DNA of 64,000 nucleotides, from the NCBI GenBank assembly GCA_041946805.1, contig JBHGBC010000008.1, positions 1 to 64,000 of the forward strand, in the 5' to 3' direction. The notes beneath the pieces are model-generated. The model had not been told where the DNA came from, did not search any database, and saw only the letters and a list, made by a program, of their open reading frames with translations. This DNA comes from a bacterium. Lineage in GTDB: Bacteria; Hinthialibacterota; Hinthialibacteria; Hinthialibacterales; Hinthialibacteraceae. A program made the position numbers and the translations under genes. This document shows, piece after piece, positions 1-9,017 of this stretch (its first letter is position 1; every line of letters begins with the position of its first letter).

Positions 1-2
1 CG

Positions 3-2744
3 CCGCCCGTTGCTCCACTCGTTGAATTTGTCCGCCACGCCGAGGGCATCCGCCCGGATATCCAACTTTCCATCGGCCACCGTGACCGTGGCGCCTTCCT
101 GGTAGTTGGTGCTTAACGAGGAATCGCTGCCGTATTCCACCGCCCAGGGAGCGGCCAATGCGGAGCCGGTGAATTCATCCTTCTTCTCTTCCACGGTTTC
201 TCCGAACAGCCACAGCTGGTTGGTCACGCTGGTGTCGCCCCGGATGGCTTCGGCTAACGCAACACCCACATCACAGTACCCGTCGAACAGCACAAACTTG
301 GCGCCCGCCGGCGGCGTCACCTTGTAGGTCGCCGTGTTGGACGAAGTGGTCGGATCCAATTTCCAGTAGATCTTGCCGCCCTCCAGCGTTCCGCCGTTGC
401 TGATGTCGGAAATCGTCCCGCTGGGAACGTTTTCCTCGATGATCGGCGTGTAGGTTCCAAATTCCGTCTGCGACTTCAGGGTCACCGTGAAGGGCTGATC
501 CGGAGTAAAGAATCCATCCGCCGTCAACTGGCGGGTCACATTACCGATGCCTTTCACCCGCACCACTTCGATGCGGCCAAAGCCTTCGGGGACATTCGCG
601 CCTGGCAGGGCAAAAACAATCGCGTGTTCACCGCCGGTGATTTCGAACGGTCCCACGGTGCAGAAGTAGAACGCGTTGAAATCCACATTGGGAGCCAACA
701 TTTGACCCTTGAACTTGTTGTCCACGTACACATCGATCGGACAATCGCCATTGCCCCAGGTATTGACGCTCAGGTTCAGGAGAATCACCTGATCGCCTTC
801 CCCCAGATCGAAGGTGTACCGGTACCAGTCACCCGCCGTCATGGTCGCGCTTCCTACTCCCGCGTTGGTATCGCTGGCGCCATGTTCCAACACGACTTCG
901 CCCAGGTCGCGGTAGTCTTCAAACGTGTATGTGGCTCCACGGCCGCCGGTCCCCGTCGTGACATAGAAATCGGCATTGGCCGGGAACTCGAATATCGTGT
1001 CGATGGCGGGGATGGCTGTCCCGCCAGGACGTTCGTAGGGGGTATCGCTGGGAATCCCGTCCATGCCCTGCGCATACCGCACGCCGTAATCGGTCCCGGT
1101 GGGGTATTTCTTCCCGTTCTGCGGGCTGCCGGAGAAGTCGTAGTCGATTGTTTCGCGGTACAGATAGGGCAGTTTGATGCTGATGGCCGTCTCACCCGCG
1201 ATACGCTCCTCGCCCTCGCCCGAATCCACGCTGCCCGAAAACGCCGCCACACGTTCACGTACCAGCCGGGGTGGAAGGGCGTTGTAGGTCAGATCGACGG
1301 ATTGAGTCAGATTGCTGAGCGGCCAAACGACTTCCCCATTGGTCAACACGCCGTTGTTGGATATGCCGGTGGCTGACCATCCATCCGGAAGACCTTCCGT
1401 CACCGTCATGGAGGGGAGCGTGCCAGTCACGCGGACCTGCAGTTTCACTGGAACCGGTGTGTTGGCAACAAATGTGTCCGCGCCGATGTCCCGGCTCACT
1501 TCCGCCCGGTTGGCCGCCATGCCCTGGATGATGAGGTTGTCGATGTAATGAGTGCCGCCCGTTCCACCGTCATGGTTGTAGCCCAGTTGGAAATACCGGG
1601 GTGGATCCACAGTCGGGAAATCCCGCTCATCCACCTTGATCCAGCCGCCCTCGCCACGGTCCTTGTACAGAAAGACGACGTGGTCGCCCGTGATCTCGAA
1701 GCGCAGCCGGTGCGGCTTGGATCCGATCGGCAGGGTCAAGTCTCGCGGTCCTTCGCTGGGAACGGTGTCTGCCAGGTTATAATAGTGGGTATTCTTCCGG
1801 AGAAAATAATTGTAGCGTGTTGAAATGGTGTCCCCCGGTTTGCAGAAGGGCCACACCGAGAACCGGCCGTTGATATTCTCCTGATAGAAGAAATCCAACT
1901 CCACCGTGTAGTTCGTGGGTAGATCTCTGTCTAGCCGGATCCAGTCATCGTCGCCCCCGGAATCGTACCACTCGATACGGCCATTGACCGCCCGGGCCGT
2001 GTTGCCGCCGAAATCCACCCATTCCGGCCAGGCCGTCGAAGGCAGATCACTGCTGGGACTATTGAAGGAGTTGCTGTAGAAGAACAGGCCCTCTCCGATC
2101 ACGTTCAGCACAAAGTTGTCGATGTAATGCACGCCACCCGTGCCGCCGTCATGGTTGTAGCCCAACTGGATATACCGGGGTTCGCTTACGGTCGGGAAAT
2201 CCCGCTCGTCCACCTTGATCCAGGCGCCTTCGCCCCGGTCCTTGTACAAGAACACGACATGATCACCCGTCACTTCGATACGCACCCGGTGCGGCTTGGA
2301 GCCGACGGGAAGGGTCATGTCCCGCGGCCCCTCGCTGGGAACGGTGTCCGCCAGATTGTAGTAATGAGTATTCTTCCGGAGGAAATAATTATAGCGTGTT
2401 GAAATGCTGTCCCCTGGCTTGCAGAAGGGCCACACCGAGAACCTTCCGTTGATGTTCTCCTGGTAGAAGAAATCGAACTCGTAACTGTACCGCGGGCCCA
2501 GTTCGATGTTCAGCCGGATCCAGTCGTCATCACCACCGGAATCGTACCACTCGATCCGGCCGTTGACCGCCCGGGCCGTATTTCCCCCGAAGTCGACCCA
2601 CTCGGGGTACGCCTCGCTGACGATGGGGCTGCTGGGATTGTTGAAATCGTTGGTGTATTTCACCACCGCCTGACTCGCGGGAATCCACCCAAGACTCAGC
2701 AGCACCACGGCAAGTACGCCGATATACAACCTTTTGGTAATCAT
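3..2744 (-). CDS. Large secreted multi-beta-sandwich protein, paralog 1 (3' end beyond window edge; missed by ORF track)
   Basis: Manual translation from ATG 2744 (RBS GGAGGAGG) gives MITKRLYIGVLAVVLLSLGWIPASQA|VVKYTNDFNNPSS..., open to position 3. It is colinear with the 1094-aa protein at 3015..6299 and has two 193-aa tandem repeats. Confidence 0.92.
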   Translation of the reverse strand, partial: MITKRLYIGVLAVVLLSLGWIPASQAVVKYTNDFNNPSSPIVSEAYPEWVDFGGNTARAVNGRIEWYDSGGDDDWIRLNIELGPRYSYEFDFFYQENINGRFSVWPFCKPGDSISTRYNYFLRKNTHYYNLADTVPSEGPRDMTLPVGSKPHRVRIEVTGDHVVFLYKDRGEGAWIKVDERDFPTVSEPRYIQLGYNHDGGTGGVHYIDNFVLNVIGEGLFFYSNSFNSPSSDLPSTAWPEWVDFGGNTARAVNGRIEWYDSGGDDDWIRLDRDLPTNYTVELDFFYQENINGRFSVWPFCKPGDTISTRYNYFLRKNTHYYNLADTVPSEGPRDLTLPIGSKPHRLRFEITGDHVVFLYKDRGEGGWIKVDERDFPTVDPPRYFQLGYNHDGGTGGTHYIDNLIIQGMAANRAEVSRDIGADTFVANTPVPVKLQVRVTGTLPSMTVTEGLPDGWSATGISNNGVLTNGEVVWPLSNLTQSVDLTYNALPPRLVRERVAAFSGSVDSGEGEERIAGETAISIKLPYLYRETIDYDFSGSPQNGKKYPTGTDYGVRYAQGMDGIPSDTPYERPGGTAIPAIDTIFEFPANADFYVTTGTGGRGATYTFEDYRDLGEVVLEHGASDTNAGVGSATMTAGDWYRYTFDLGEGDQVILLNLSVNTWGNGDCPIDVYVDNKFKGQMLAPNVDFNAFYFCTVGPFEITGGEHAIVFALPGANVPEGFGRIEVVRVKGIGNVTRQLTADGFFTPDQPFTVTLKSQTEFGTYTPIIEENVPSGTISDISNGGTLEGGKIYWKLDPTTSSNTATYKVTPPAGAKFVLFDGYCDVGVALAEAIRGDTSVTNQLWLFGETVEEKKDEFTGSALAAPWAVEYGSDSSLSTNYQEGATVTVADGKLDIRADALGVADKFNEWSNGR

Positions 2745-2776
2745 GATAATCCTCCTCCACTCAATCCTTTAATTAC

Positions 2777-2843
2777 GATGCATTGCCTGAATGCATCTCT
2801 CTCTCAAGCCTACTTTCTACCCCAATCCGATGGAGTAAGTCAA
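2777..2843 (-). promoter_or_regulatory. Putative sigma70 promoter and inverted repeat upstream of paralog 1
   Basis: Minus strand TTGACT-N18-TAGAAA at 2843..2814; inverted repeat GATGCATT-N5-AATGCATC at 2777-2797. Confidence 0.45.
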
Positions 2844-2952
2844 GATTGATTCGAATGATCGAGTCAATAAAGATAAACGGCTTCTATAAAGGATATCGAG
2901 CAAGGCGCACGGGAGGATTTCCAAAATGATTACTCTATATGAAATAGAATAC

Positions 2953-2986
2953 AAAAAACCGGGCGGCGCGAACTCCGCGCCGCCCG
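2953..2986 (-). terminator. Rho-independent terminator of 3015..6299
   Basis: 11-bp GC stem CGGGCGGCGCG/CGCGCCGCCCG with a 5-nt loop, followed by T6 on the minus strand. Confidence 0.85.
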
Positions 2987-3014
2987 ATCGCCAGTTCTCA
3001 ACTCAGAACTGCGC

Positions 3015-6000
3015 CTAGAACAACATCCACCCCTCCACGTCCGTGAACGGATTGATGGTGCTCAGGGTGAAATACTCGTACACCGCTTCGGCGAAGTTAT
3101 CCGCGCTGGAGACCTTCGCGAACAAGCCGACGCGGGTGGGCGTGCGCGTCTCGGTCACCGGCGCGCCGACCAGCTGCCAGGAGCGGTTGGGCAACTGGGC
3201 GCTGAAGATCAGCTCGTTGCCCCGTTTGGTCACGGCGAGCGTCGCCTGGACGTTACCGGCCATCATAGAGTCGATCCAGTCGTATTCGTCCGTGAAATTG
3301 TGATACGACAGGATGCCATTCGTTCCCTTGTTGGTCAGTTCCACCCGCAGGTCGCCGCCGTAGAATCCGAACAGGTATTCATCGCCGGTGACATCCGTGT
3401 CGTTCGCCTGGTTGTACGCCACCATCAGGCCGGCTTGATACCCGGTCCACGTGAGGACGTCCTTCAGGGTGCATTTCGCCTCGACGCGCCAATCGCCCGT
3501 GGGCAGGTCCGTCCGCAGGATCATGGGCGCGCGGCGTCCATTGGCCCATTCGTTGAATTTGTCCGCGTCGCCGAAGGGATCGATGCGCAGGTCCAAGGCC
3601 CCGTCGGCCACCGTGGCCGTAACCCCTTCCTTATAGTCGGTCGAAAGGGAGGGATCGCTGCCGTATTCCAGCGTCCAGGGCGCGGCCAGCGCGGAACCCG
3701 TGAACTCGTCCTTCTTGTCTTCGGTGGATTCGCCGAACAGCCACAACTGGTTGGTGACGCTGGTATCTCCGCGGATGGCTTCCGCCAGGGAGAGGCCCAC
3801 GTCGCAATAGCCGCTGAACAGCACGAACTTCACGCCCGCCGGCGGCGTTACCTTATAGGACGCCGTGGTGGACGAGCTGGTCGGATCCAGTTGCCAGTAA
3901 ATCTTGCCGCCTTCCAGCACTCCGCCGTTGCTGATGTCGCTGATCGTCCCCTGGGGAACGTTTTCCTCGATGATCGGTGTGTAGGTCCCGTAGTCCGCCT
4001 GCCCCTTCAGGGTCACCGTGAATGGCTTATCGGGTTCGAAGAATCCGTCCTGGGTCAACTGGCGGGACACGTTGCCGATGCCTTTCACCCGCACGACTTC
4101 CAGGCGGCTGAACATGGCCGGCGGGGGCGCGAGGGGGCACGCAACAACGATGGAATGCTCGCCGCCGCTGACCTCGAACGGGCCCACCGAGTACAGGCTG
4201 AATTGGTTGGCGGGAAACACCTCCATCCCGATTTCGCCCTTGAACTTGTTATCGACGTAGATGTCGGTGTACACCGTCGTCACGCCGGCGAAATTGTCCG
4301 CCGCGTGCCAGCTGTTGAGCCAGAAGTTGAGGATGATGACCTGGTTGCCCTCGCCGAGATCGAAGGTGTAACGGAACCAGTCGCCCGCGTCGAGGCTGCC
4401 CAGGTTGCCGCGGGTATCGCTGGCGCCGGTCTCCAGCCAAGCCTCCCCTTCATCCCGGTAGCCGGCCAGGGTATAAGCCTCGCTCAGGAAGGTGCTCATT
4501 ACGGGCGACTCTTGGTGGAAGTCGGCGTTGGCCGGGAATTCGAATACCGTATCGAGGGCGGGAACCGTCGTGCCGTCGCCGGGCCGGACATAGACCACGT
4601 CGCTGGGAACGCCGTTCATGCCTTGGGCGTAGCGCACTCCGTAATCCGCTCCCGTGGGGTATTTTTTGCCATTCTGCGGGCTGCCGGAGAAGTCGTAGTC
4701 GATCGCTTCACGGTACAAGTAGGGCAGTTTGATGCTGACGGCCGTCTCGCCCGCGATGCGCTCCTCGCCCTCGCCCGAATCCACGCTGCCCGAGAATCCG
4801 GCCACGCGCTCGAAGATCAACCGGGGCGGAACCGCGTCATAGGTGAGGTTTACCGATTGTGACAGATTGTTGATCGTCCAGACGATCTGGCCGTCCGTCA
4901 CCATGCCGCCGTTGGAAATATTGGCGGCGGACCATCCATCCGGCAGGCCTTCGGTCACGGTCAAGGACGGGAGCGTGCCGGCCACGAGCACCTGCAATTT
5001 TACAGGTACCGGGGTATTGGCCACGAAATTGTCCGCGCCGATGTCCCGGCTCACTTCCGCCCGGTTTTCCGACATCCCCTGGATGATCAGATTGTCAACA
5101 TAATGCACACCGGCCGTGCCGCCGTCATGGTTGAACCCCAGTTGGAAATACCGGGGTGGTTCCACAGTGGGAAAATCCCGCTCGTCCACTTTGATCCAGC
5201 CGCCCTCGCCTTGGTTCTTGTACAAGAACACGACATGGTCGCCGGTCACCTCGAACCGCAGCCGGTGAGGTTTGGAGCCAATCGGCAGGGTCATGTCCAC
5301 CGGACCTTCACTGGGGATCGTGTCCGCGCCATTGAAATAATGGGTGTTTTTCCGCAGGAAGTAATTGTGGCGTTCGAAAATGCCGTCCCCCGGCTTGCAG
5401 AAAGGCCATATCGAGAACCGCCCGTTGACATCCGCCTGGTAGAAGAAATCCATCTCGATCGTATAGTTCGTGGGCAGCTCCATGTCCAGCCGGTACCAGT
5501 CGTTGTTGTCCCCGGAACTGTACCATTCGAAGCGGCCGTTCGCCATCCGGGCCGCGTTGCCGCCGAAATCCACCCATTCCGGATAGGCATCCTGGGGAAT
5601 GTCGCTGCTGGGAGCGTTGAAATTGTTGCTGTAGAAGAACAGGCCTTCGCCGATGACGTTCAACACGAAATTGTCGATGTAATGCACCCCCGCCGTGCCG
5701 CCATCATGGTTGTAACCCAACTGGATGTAACGGGGCTCGTCCACTTTCGGGAAGTCCCGCTCGTCCACCTTGATCCACGGGCCTTCGCCCTGGTTCTTGT
5801 ACAAGAAGATGACATGATCGCCCGTGACTTCGAACCGGAGCCGGTGGGGTTTGGATCCGGCCGGAAGCGTCAAATCCCGGGGTCCTTCGCTGGGGATGGT
5901 GTCCGCCCCGTTGAAGTAATGCGTGTTTTTCCGCAGGAAATAATTATGCCGCTCGAAAATGCTGTCTCCCGGCTTGCAGAAGGGCCATACCGAGAATCGG

Positions 6001-6299
6001 CCGTTGATGTCCGCCTGGTAAAAGAAATCGAACTCGAAGCTGTACCGCGGGCCGAGCGGCATGTCCAACCGGATCCAATCGTTGTTGTCGCCGGAATCGT
6101 ACCATTCGATCCGCCCGTTGACCGCCCGGGCCGTATTGCCCCCGAAATCGATCCATTCGGGGTACGCCTCGCTGACCACGGGACTGCTGGGATTGTTGAA
6201 GTCGTTCGTGTACTTCACGGCCGCGTACGCCGAGCCGCACAATCCCCCGCCGAGGAGCATGGTAAGAGTCACTCCATACCAAATCCACTTGGCTTTCAT
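3015..6299 (-). CDS. Large secreted multi-beta-sandwich protein, paralog 2 (2x ConA/LamG-like repeats, Ig-like, CBM6/35-like and C-terminal jelly-roll domains)
   Basis: 1094-aa ORF with signal peptide (AYA|A) and RBS GGAGGAGG. It has two 193-aa repeats, a GDWFRYTF CBM-like motif and ends TDVEGWMLF. Fold assignments are inferred. Confidence 0.9.
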   Translation of the reverse strand: MKAKWIWYGVTLTMLLGGGLCGSAYAAVKYTNDFNNPSSPVVSEAYPEWIDFGGNTARAVNGRIEWYDSGDNNDWIRLDMPLGPRYSFEFDFFYQADINGRFSVWPFCKPGDSIFERHNYFLRKNTHYFNGADTIPSEGPRDLTLPAGSKPHRLRFEVTGDHVIFLYKNQGEGPWIKVDERDFPKVDEPRYIQLGYNHDGGTAGVHYIDNFVLNVIGEGLFFYSNNFNAPSSDIPQDAYPEWVDFGGNAARMANGRFEWYSSGDNNDWYRLDMELPTNYTIEMDFFYQADVNGRFSIWPFCKPGDGIFERHNYFLRKNTHYFNGADTIPSEGPVDMTLPIGSKPHRLRFEVTGDHVVFLYKNQGEGGWIKVDERDFPTVEPPRYFQLGFNHDGGTAGVHYVDNLIIQGMSENRAEVSRDIGADNFVANTPVPVKLQVLVAGTLPSLTVTEGLPDGWSAANISNGGMVTDGQIVWTINNLSQSVNLTYDAVPPRLIFERVAGFSGSVDSGEGEERIAGETAVSIKLPYLYREAIDYDFSGSPQNGKKYPTGADYGVRYAQGMNGVPSDVVYVRPGDGTTVPALDTVFEFPANADFHQESPVMSTFLSEAYTLAGYRDEGEAWLETGASDTRGNLGSLDAGDWFRYTFDLGEGNQVIILNFWLNSWHAADNFAGVTTVYTDIYVDNKFKGEIGMEVFPANQFSLYSVGPFEVSGGEHSIVVACPLAPPPAMFSRLEVVRVKGIGNVSRQLTQDGFFEPDKPFTVTLKGQADYGTYTPIIEENVPQGTISDISNGGVLEGGKIYWQLDPTSSSTTASYKVTPPAGVKFVLFSGYCDVGLSLAEAIRGDTSVTNQLWLFGESTEDKKDEFTGSALAAPWTLEYGSDPSLSTDYKEGVTATVADGALDLRIDPFGDADKFNEWANGRRAPMILRTDLPTGDWRVEAKCTLKDVLTWTGYQAGLMVAYNQANDTDVTGDEYLFGFYGGDLRVELTNKGTNGILSYHNFTDEYDWIDSMMAGNVQATLAVTKRGNELIFSAQLPNRSWQLVGAPVTETRTPTRVGLFAKVSSADNFAEAVYEYFTLSTINPFTDVEGWMLF

Positions 6300-6334
6300 G
6301 AGGATGACCTCCTCCTTCTAATGATGATTTGACG

Positions 6335-6353
6335 CATGAACCGCCGGTTCATG
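6335..6353. promoter_or_regulatory. Perfect inverted repeat (operator-like) upstream of paralog 2
   Basis: CATGAACCG-C-CGGTTCATG, about 36 bp upstream of the start codon. Confidence 0.4.
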
Positions 6354-6642
6354 GCCATGAATTATTCATAAAGGATAATCCGAGGAGGAATCAAGGGGAA
6401 AAGGGTATATTTAGCTGGATATCTGATTTTTTCACCATGCATTTGGCAAAAATCAAGCGGTCAATCCATTGATTTTTATATAAAATTGGTAAAATCAATA
6501 GATTATGCAATGGATGCGAATAAAGTTCGTAAAAGCGATTCCAAAAATTATGGCTGGATGATTATCTAGTTATGAAGAATAGGCAGGCTACCATTCCGCG
6601 TGTTTTATCATGCGTTCGCGGCGGCCGCGGGTTGGATCCGCG

Positions 6643-7845
6643 TCATCCGCGCTCGGCGAGGCCGTAGCGTTGCTGGAGCTTGTTGAAGCGGCCGCGGACT
6701 TTTTCGACATACCGCTTGCCGGCGGGCGGCACACCGTCCCGTTCCACCCGGCCGGGACCCACGTTGTAGGCCGCCAAGGCGGTGTCGAGATCGTCAAACA
6801 TTTGGATCAGCATGCTCATGTATTGCGTGCCGCCCTTGATGTTCTCCTCGGGATCGAAGGGATCCCGCACCTCGAGGTCCTGGGCGGTCATGGGCATCAA
6901 CTGCATCAGGCCCTGCGCGCCCTTGGAGGAGACTGCGTCCTTGTTCCAGGCGGATTCAGTATCGATCAGCGCCCAGACCAGGAAGGGATCCAGGCTGTTT
7001 TCCCGGGCGTATTGATCGACCAGTTCAAGGAATTCGAGGGGCGGGATCTTCTCTCCCCGGGTGTGGGCTTTTTGAATCGTGGCCAGAAATCGACCGGCTT
7101 TCAGGTCGATCATCTTGGGGGCGGCTTTTTTCGTGTATTGATGCTGGGCCAGGGCGGAGGGACCTTGCAGGAGGGTTTGTTTCCGCATGGCCAGCAGTTG
7201 TTGTTGGACTTTTTTCCAATCCTCCGGATCCACGCCGTATTTTTCCGCCAAGAGAAGATGACGTTCCGCCTGGGTCAGGTCGAGGTGGTTGATCCGGTCG
7301 CGGGCCAGGGAGAGGTGAAACTTGCCCCGCAGGCTTCCCCAGAATTCGTTTTCGTCCTTGTAGCGCCGCTCGAGTTCACTGATTCCCGCCTGGATGCCCT
7401 GCCGCTGGATCACCCGTTCGATCTCTTCTTGTTCCTGTGCCAGGCGTTGTTGATCTTTCTGATTCAACAAGTCTTGAATTTGTTGGAGGGCCTCCTCGCT
7501 TTCCGCCCGCCAAGCCGAGTATTGGGCGGCTTGGTGGAGAAAGAATTGGGCGCGATCCAGCTTGTTGCGCCGCAGGAGTTGCCGCCCCAGAATCAGCTCG
7601 CTTTCTCCCGGGGCGGAATGAATGACCTTGCTGACCGAATGGCGCATCACGGAAACCGTTCCGCCGACGCTTTCGACATTGATCGACTGGTTGGACTCGA
7701 AGGTAATACAACCTTCAATCACCTGCCCGGACTTCATGCATACAGCATCCTGCATTTCCGCCTTTTTCGCCCAGACCGGGCCGGGAGACACGGCGAGGCA
7801 CAGAATCAACAGACAGGAACGATGAATGGCGAGGATCCTCATCAT
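6643..7845 (-). CDS. Lytic transglycosylase (SLT domain) with N-terminal helical region
   Basis: SLT motifs ALIDTESAW, SSKGAQGLMQLMP, ALAAYNVG; signal peptide. Start 7845 overlaps the DUF58 stop (ATGA). Confidence 0.9.
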   Translation of the reverse strand: MMRILAIHRSCLLILCLAVSPGPVWAKKAEMQDAVCMKSGQVIEGCITFESNQSINVESVGGTVSVMRHSVSKVIHSAPGESELILGRQLLRRNKLDRAQFFLHQAAQYSAWRAESEEALQQIQDLLNQKDQQRLAQEQEEIERVIQRQGIQAGISELERRYKDENEFWGSLRGKFHLSLARDRINHLDLTQAERHLLLAEKYGVDPEDWKKVQQQLLAMRKQTLLQGPSALAQHQYTKKAAPKMIDLKAGRFLATIQKAHTRGEKIPPLEFLELVDQYARENSLDPFLVWALIDTESAWNKDAVSSKGAQGLMQLMPMTAQDLEVRDPFDPEENIKGGTQYMSMLIQMFDDLDTALAAYNVGPGRVERDGVPPAGKRYVEKVRGRFNKLQQRYGLAERG

Positions 7846-8753
7846 AAGTGGTGGTGAGTTTTCAGCCTTCTCTGAAGATATTCGCGCAGCACCACTTCCA
7901 GGGGCTGGCGGGTCGTTACGGGATTGTAATCGATGCCCTGTTCCAGGCATCCTTCCCGGTATCGGTTCAAAAAATCCTCCACCCGCTCCCGGTACATTTT
8001 CCGCAGCCTCCGGGGGGCGGTCAGTAACGGATCGGCGTCCCCCTCCAGGGGATGAAACTCGACCGCACCGGAATAGGGCAGTTCAATCTCTTCCGGCGTC
8101 AAAATGTGGAACACGAGCACTTCCTGGTGCCGTTTGCGCAGCAGGGTTAGACCGCTCAAGACCTGGGCGGGATCCTCGATCAGATCCGACACGAGGATCA
8201 CCATGCCCCGTTTTTTCAGAAATTCGCCGAGGTTGGAAAGCACCCGGCCGGTGGCGGATAGTTCGTTGGTGGTTAGCGCGGACGCCAGGGTTTCGAGCAG
8301 GGTTCCCCACTGGTCGGAACGCAGCCGGGGAGGGACATACGCGCGGATCTCGCTGTCGTAGACCGCCAAGCCCACGCTATCCCCTTGAGAAATGATCAGA
8401 TACGAAAGGGCGGCGGTGAGTTGCCGCGCATAGTCCAGTTTGGACAGGGTGGATTCGCCGAAGCGCATGGAGCCGCTCATGTCGATGAGGAGGGTGGCGC
8501 GCAGGTTGGTGTCTTCCTCGAACAATTTGACATGGAAACGGTCGGTTTTGGCGTAGGCGCGCCAGTCGATGTGCCGCAATTCATCGCCCGGATGATAGGG
8601 CCGGTGTTCGCTGAATTCGATGTTCCGCCCCATGAAATGGCTGTGATGCAATCCGGCGGCCGCGCCTTCCACGGCCTGGCGGGCGATCAGCTCCAATTGC
8701 GTGATGGAGGATATGACTATCGGGTCTACCAGCTGTTCGGTCATAATGGTCAA
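7842..8753 (-). CDS. DUF58 domain protein (MoxR-associated family)
   Basis: EFSEHRPYHPGDELRHIDWRAYAK, LLIDMSGSM and ILVSD motifs. Confidence 0.93.
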   Translation of the reverse strand: MTIMTEQLVDPIVISSITQLELIARQAVEGAAAGLHHSHFMGRNIEFSEHRPYHPGDELRHIDWRAYAKTDRFHVKLFEEDTNLRATLLIDMSGSMRFGESTLSKLDYARQLTAALSYLIISQGDSVGLAVYDSEIRAYVPPRLRSDQWGTLLETLASALTTNELSATGRVLSNLGEFLKKRGMVILVSDLIEDPAQVLSGLTLLRKRHQEVLVFHILTPEEIELPYSGAVEFHPLEGDADPLLTAPRRLRKMYRERVEDFLNRYREGCLEQGIDYNPVTTRQPLEVVLREYLQRRLKTHHHL

Positions 8754-8812
8754 AAAAACGGTTTCTCCTCTCTGTGCGTACCTGTTGAATAAAAGTCGAA
8801 TCCATCAATCCC

Positions 8813-8945
8813 GGCTAAAATTCCCTCACCCTGACCCTCTCCCAGAGGGAGAGGGGATTTTGGGGTGGTTTATATCGGTCAATTCCAGGGACCGCGATTC
8901 GGCCATTGGATAAAAAAGTACGCGCTGGCCGGTTGAGCCCAAAAA
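8813..8945 (+). repeat. Composite intergenic repeat (REP-A palindrome + tail C)
   Basis: CCCTCACCCTGACCCTCTCCCAGAGGGAGAGGGG followed by AAAAAGTACGCGCTGGCCGG; similar copies at 35303 and 42100. Confidence 0.8.
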
Positions 8946-9017
8946 ATCAAAACGCGCTTCATTATACCATATTATATCGGCAGGAAAGATCTGTCCGGTT
9001 AGGGAGTTGACCTGCTT

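Noticed and set aside
3..6299. Diversity-generating retroelement explanation for the repeats
   Set aside because: No reverse transcriptase in the window, differences are not adenine-specific, and the repeats are in-frame protein domains.
3300..6332. Long plus-strand ORFs (520 aa, 409 aa) opposite the paralog
   Set aside because: Antisense shadows of a GC-rich gene with no motifs. The same applies to 13421..15208, 33412..35232, 49620..51062 and 62057..63520.
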